This document shows, in pieces, positions 36,974 through 42,516 of a DNA stretch of 42,516 bases. The stretch is from Chiloscyllium plagiosum (Eukaryota). A program made the position numbers and the translations under genes. Numbering within the stretch: the first letter of the stretch is position 1; each line of letters opens with the position of its first letter. The notes under the pieces are model-generated. The model saw only the letters and a program-made list of their open reading frames with translations, had not been told where the DNA came from and ran no database searches. The DNA lies in the NCBI RefSeq assembly GCF_004010195.1, contig NC_057746.1, positions 1,323,282 to 1,365,797 on the forward strand, written 5' to 3'.

Positions 36974-37830
36974 TGTTATGACACAAGGTAAACCCTCTGT
37001 TTAATTTAAAACCAGCAACATGGAAAAGATCTATCCCATGCAGTAATCTGTAAAAATTTGAATGGCAAAGAACTATGTAAAGTAAAAATTACCAACTTTA
37101 TTTCTTAATAAAGAGAATAATTAACTAACCACAATTTACAATTTCTTTCTCTAACCTATCTTTTACCTTGCCCTCTATAATACTAGTTTGATAAAACCCC
37201 CAATTAAGATTTACAAAACACCACTTCTTATCTCAAAACCAGGCAGCTGTACATTCTTGTCTTTGGATCTTCCTGTGTCCTCTTTGCTCCTCGTTAGGAA
37301 TTTCTGCGTCACAGGTTACTGATCGAAAAGGTACTTTTAAGAGAGATATCTTTTCAAGCAGTCTGTTACATGCTAGGACTTGGAAGGTTTCCTTGAACAA
37401 ATGGAAATGTACATTGAGTTTCGAGGTGCTTAACTGTTACAGGGAAAACCTTTCCAGGTAAAGGCAATAATGACATGAAGGTTTCAAAGCATGAGGATAG
37501 CAAATCCTCATGCATCAAATTCCAACTTTCTTCAGCTTCCATCATTTAAATTTGGACAAAATTTCTTGAACATTACTGAAGCCTTTTCATTTTTAACAGC
37601 ATAGTTATGAAGTATCATAAAGGAAGAAACAGAAATTTCATCAAAGTGAAGATCAACTAGCAGCGTCTGTATGCTGTTTCCCAGCTGGACCATAATCTCC
37701 ACTTCTTAATTTTTTTGGGAAAGTAATTATCTCAGAGTGTCAGTAGCATGTAACAAACTGCTTGAAAAAAATCTCTTAAAAGTATCTTTTTGATTAAATT
37801 AAGCTGGAGAGTTTACCCCGTGTCGTAACA
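36974..37830. mobile_element. LTR-related element with inverted termini
   Basis: TGTTATGACACAAGGTAAAC ... GTTTACCCCGTGTCGTAACA (17/20 inverted match); flanks ACAG / GCAG. Confidence 0.5.
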
Positions 37831-38139
37831 GCAGTCATGAACCTACATCATTTTTCCAGTTCAATTCTCAATAGAAAACATCAGTCTTTTGTTCTCTCTT
37901 TATAAAGTTATTCAAAGTTAAAATTGAACTCTCAACTGCAACTCACAGTTCCAAATCAAATATGAGAAAATAAAAGAAAAAATAATGATGGTCTCAACAT
38001 ATTGTAGACCCACCAGAATGCTTTCAGAACTGTTTGAATTTCCTGACTTTAACATAGTACCATTGTTGATGTAACCCTGCATTTTGTTCACATTTAAATA
38101 AACATACAGGACTCTGTTGGCAACACATTAGAAGGTCAC

Positions 38140-38230
38140 CTCGTGGGTCTGCTCCTGGGCCTGGCCAAGGTGGCCATCAATAGGTCCAGGCAGCGGGCAA
38201 CTGAGGGGATCACAGTACACAGCTGTCTAC
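38140..38230 (+). mobile_element. Short Tx1/L1-like LINE C-terminal fragment
   Basis: LVGLLLGLAKVAINRSRQRA; a degenerate antisense relative lies at ~38400-38660. Confidence 0.45.
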
Positions 38231-38878
38231 TCTGCTTAAAGAAAATATTAATCATGTTACCAGCCTGTGATGAAGCATTAATATAAAAGTAAATCAAATG
38301 CTTAATGGAGACTTACAGAATGGGCAAGGACATTTATTCAACTCAAATCAAAATAACATTCTAGTGTGATAATACATCCCAGTCACTGTACTGCCCACAA
38401 GTTTGTAAAGGCCTCTATGGTGATGGTGGACACCGTGAGGTCCCTCTGAATTGACACCTGTGTGTGAACATAACTGTGAAAGAGGGGGCAGGTATTTGGT
38501 TTCTACAACCTCCTCCATGGCCCACTACCTGAACCTGGGATGGTCACAGTGACCAGGTCCAGAAGCATGTTTATTAGGCGGGCCTTCGACCTGCCCACCT
38601 ATCTCCCTCCCTCCCTCCTCCCTGCACAGGATGTCTGTAGAAAAGCAGCATGGGGCTGAAATACACCAAAAAATTTAAAAGCAGTCCCTTTTAAAAAACT
38701 GAAAACAAGCTACAAACTATGAAAAATCATTTCCCTATAGGTATATAATCTGTAAATGGCTTAGCACCCTGCAAACTTATTCAGTGTACTATTGAATGGG
38801 ACTGTGTGCATCACTCTCCACATCAGATAACTGAAGGAGAAAAGAATAATCCCACAGGGGATCGAACTGGGGCTGTCT

Positions 38879-39378
38879 NNNNNNNNNNNNNNNNNNNNNN
38901 NNNNNNNNNNNNNNNNNNNNNNNNNNNNNNNNNNNNNNNNNNNNNNNNNNNNNNNNNNNNNNNNNNNNNNNNNNNNNNNNNNNNNNNNNNNNNNNNNNNN
39001 NNNNNNNNNNNNNNNNNNNNNNNNNNNNNNNNNNNNNNNNNNNNNNNNNNNNNNNNNNNNNNNNNNNNNNNNNNNNNNNNNNNNNNNNNNNNNNNNNNNN
39101 NNNNNNNNNNNNNNNNNNNNNNNNNNNNNNNNNNNNNNNNNNNNNNNNNNNNNNNNNNNNNNNNNNNNNNNNNNNNNNNNNNNNNNNNNNNNNNNNNNNN
39201 NNNNNNNNNNNNNNNNNNNNNNNNNNNNNNNNNNNNNNNNNNNNNNNNNNNNNNNNNNNNNNNNNNNNNNNNNNNNNNNNNNNNNNNNNNNNNNNNNNNN
39301 NNNNNNNNNNNNNNNNNNNNNNNNNNNNNNNNNNNNNNNNNNNNNNNNNNNNNNNNNNNNNNNNNNNNNNNNNNNNNN
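38879..39378. other. Assembly gap (500 N)
   Basis: Run of N; a further 55-N gap lies at 40133-40187. Confidence 1.
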
Positions 39379-42300
39379 AGACACAAGTCACATCCACACA
39401 CACTGCACAGTAAGACAGGCACAATCCCCATCCACGCACCCTGTACAGTGAGACAGGCATAATCCCCATCCACGCACCCTGTACAGTGAGATGGACACAA
39501 TCCCCATCCACACACAGTGCACAGTGAGACAGGCACAATCCCCATCCATGCACCCTGTACAGTGAGACAGGCACAATCCCCATCCACGCACCCTGTACAG
39601 TGAGATAGACACAATCCCCATCCACACACAGTGCACAGTGAGACAGGCACAATCCCCATCCTTACCCAATGAACAGTGAGACAGACACAATCCCCATCCC
39701 CACGCACTGCACAGTGAGACAGACACAATCCCCATCCAAACACAGTACACAGTTTAACCGGCACAATCGCCATCCACACGCAGTTCACAGTGAGACAGTA
39801 ACAACCCCATCCTCACACACTGCACAGTGAAACAGGCACAATCCCCAACCACACACAGTGCACAGTGAGACAGACATAAGCCCAATCCACACACACTGCA
39901 CAGAGAGACAGACACAATCCCCATCCCCACGCACTGCACAGTGACATAGACACAATACCCATCCACACACAGTGCACAGTGAGACAGGCACAATCCCCAT
40001 CCACACACAGTGCACAGTGAGACAGGCACAATCCCCATCCAGGCACAGTGTACAGTGAGACAGGCACATTCCCCATCCTTACCCACTGAACAGTGAGACA
40101 GACACAATCCCGATTCACACACAATGCACAGTNNNNNNNNNNNNNNNNNNNNNNNNNNNNNNNNNNNNNNNNNNNNNNNNNNNNNNNTCATCCTCTGCAC
40201 AGTGAGACAGACACAATCCCGATCCACACACACTGCACAGTGAGACAGACACAATCCCGATCCACACACACTGCACAGTGAGACAGACACAATCCCAATC
40301 CACACACATGCACAGTGAGACAGACACAATCGCCATCCAAACACATTACACAGTTTAACCGGCACAATCGCCATCCACACGCAGTTCACAGTGAGACAGT
40401 AACAACCCCATCCCCACGCACTGCACAGTGAGACAGACACAATCCCCATCCAAACACATTACACAGTTTAACCGGCACAATCGCCATCGACACGCAGTTC
40501 ACAGTGAGACAGTAACAACCCCATCCTCACACACTGCACAGTGAGACAGGCACAATCCCCATCCACACACATTGCACAGAGAGACAGACACAATCCCCAT
40601 CCACACACAGTGCACAGTGAGACAGGCACAATTCCCATCCACACACACCCTGCACAGTGAGACAGACAGAATCCCCATCCACACACACTGCACAGTGAGA
40701 CAGGCACAATCCCCATCCACACACAGTGCACAGTGAGACAGGCACAATCCACATCCACGCACCCTGTACAGTGAGACAGGCACAATACCCATCCATGCAC
40801 CCTGTACAGTGAGACAGGCACAATCCTCTTCCACGCACCCTGTACAGTGAGATCGACACAATCCCCATCCACACACAGTGCACAGTGAGACAGACACAAT
40901 CCCCATCCACGCACCCTGTACAGTGAGACAGGCACAATCCACAACCTTACCCGATGAACAGTGAGACAGACACAATCCCGATTCACACACAATGCACAGT
41001 GAGACAGACAAAATCCCCATCCACACACAGTGCACAGTGAGACAGGCACAATCCACATCCACACACACTGCACAGTGAGACAGACACAATCCCTATCCTC
41101 ACCCACTGCACATTGAGACAGACACAATCCCCATCCCCACGCACTGCACAGTGACACAGACACAATCCCCATCCACACACAGTACACAGATTAACCGGCA
41201 CAATCGCCATCCACACGCAGATCACAGTGAGACAGCAACAACCACATCCTCACACGCTGCACAGTGAGACAGGCACAATCCCTATCCACACACAGTGCAC
41301 AGTGAGACAGGCACAATCCCTATCCTCACCCACTGCACATTGAGACAGACACAATCCCCATCCCCATGCACTGCACAGTGACATAGACACAATCCCCATC
41401 CACACACAGTGCACAGTGAGACAGGCACAATCCCTATCCTCAACCTCTGCACAGTGAGACAGACACAATCCCGATCCACACACACTGCACAGTGGGACAG
41501 ACACAATCCCCATCCACACACAGTACACAGTTTAACCGGCACAATCGCCATCCACACGCAGATCACAGTGAAACAGCAACAACCACATCCTCACACGCTG
41601 CACAGTGAGACAGGCACAATCCCTATCCACACACATTGCACAGTGAGACAGACACAATCCCCATCCACACACACTGCACAGTGAGACAGACACAATCCCC
41701 ATCCATACACACTGCACAGTGAGATAGGCACAATCCCCATCCACACACAGTGCACAGTGAGACAGACACAAGCCCCATCCACACACACTGCACAGTGAGA
41801 CAGGCACAATCCTAATCCACACACACTGCACAGTGAGACAGGCACAATCCCCATCCACACACACACTGCACTGCGAGACAGACACAATCCCCATCCACAC
41901 CCACTGCACAGTCATACAGACACAATCTCCATCCACACACACAGTCCTTAGTAAAACAGACACAATCCCCATCCACACACACACAGCGCAGTGAGACAGA
42001 CACAATCCCCATCCACACACAATGCATAGTGAGACACTCAAAATCCCCATCAACACACACAGCACAGTGAGACAGGCACAATCCCCATCCACACAGTCTG
42101 CACAGCTAGACAGACACAATCCCTATCACCAAACACTGCACATTGAGACAGGCACAATCCCCATCCACACACAGTGCACAGTGAGACAGGCACAATCCCT
42201 ATCCTCACCCTCTGCACAGTGAGACAGACACAATCCCCATCCACACACAGTACATAGTTTAACCGGCACAATCGCCATCCACACGCAGTTCACAGTGATA

Positions 42301-42516
42301 CAGGCGCAACCCCATCCACACACAGTGCACAGTGAGACAGGCACAATCCCCATCCATGCACCCTGTACAGTGAGACAGGCACAATCCCCATCCACACCCA
42401 CTGCACAGTGAGACAGACACAATCCCGATTCACACACACTGCACAGTGAGACAGACATTATCCCCATCCACACACACTGCACAGTGAGACAGACACAATC
42501 CCCATCCACACACAGT
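39379..42516. repeat. 38-nt minisatellite/satellite array, >3.1 kb, running off the window
   Basis: Consensus CACAGTGAGACAGRCACAATCCCCATCCACACACASTG, roughly 80 units with recurring variants. Confidence 0.97.

Noticed and set aside
38761-38850. Minus-strand acceptor-like TTCTTTTCTCCTTCAG as the last exon of an upstream gene
   Set aside because: There is no recognisable peptide or corroborating exon, and the site is next to a gap.
38761-42509. Cys-rich ORFs, and a possible CRISPR-like array
   Set aside because: They come from a 38-nt tandem repeat and N runs. There are no unique spacers, the unit is not a multiple of 3, and the DNA is eukaryotic.

Overview
Vertebrate genomic DNA, almost certainly from a cartilaginous fish (inferred from shark-type MHC class II alpha exons and HE1/HER1-like SINE/LINE repeats). 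It is a draft assembly with three N gaps. The only host coding sequence I can support is MHC class II alpha. Gene A (+) contributes only its connecting-peptide/TM/cytoplasmic exon (1948-2095). Gene B (-) contributes a 282-nt alpha-2 Ig-C1 exon (29417-29698), a TM/cytoplasmic exon (22419-22566) and possibly a 3'UTR exon. The two genes converge tail-to-tail about 20 kb apart, and no beta-chain exon is visible between them. Most of the rest is decayed retroelements: CR1/HER1, a second LINE, SINEs, solo-LTR-like elements, a TA-flanked MITE and Penelope-like fragments. There is also a 3.4/4.0-kb tandem duplication, a 1.1-kb TG-type repeat and a 38-nt satellite. The least obvious signal is a set of minimal hammerhead-ribozyme motifs (CUGANGA-stem-GAAA-NN-UH) in six Penelope-like terminal-repeat insertions from about four sequence families. 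Four of them are fold-back insertions whose breakpoints lie at the ribozyme. I see no evidence for a wholly new gene system; most ORF-track entries are spurious.
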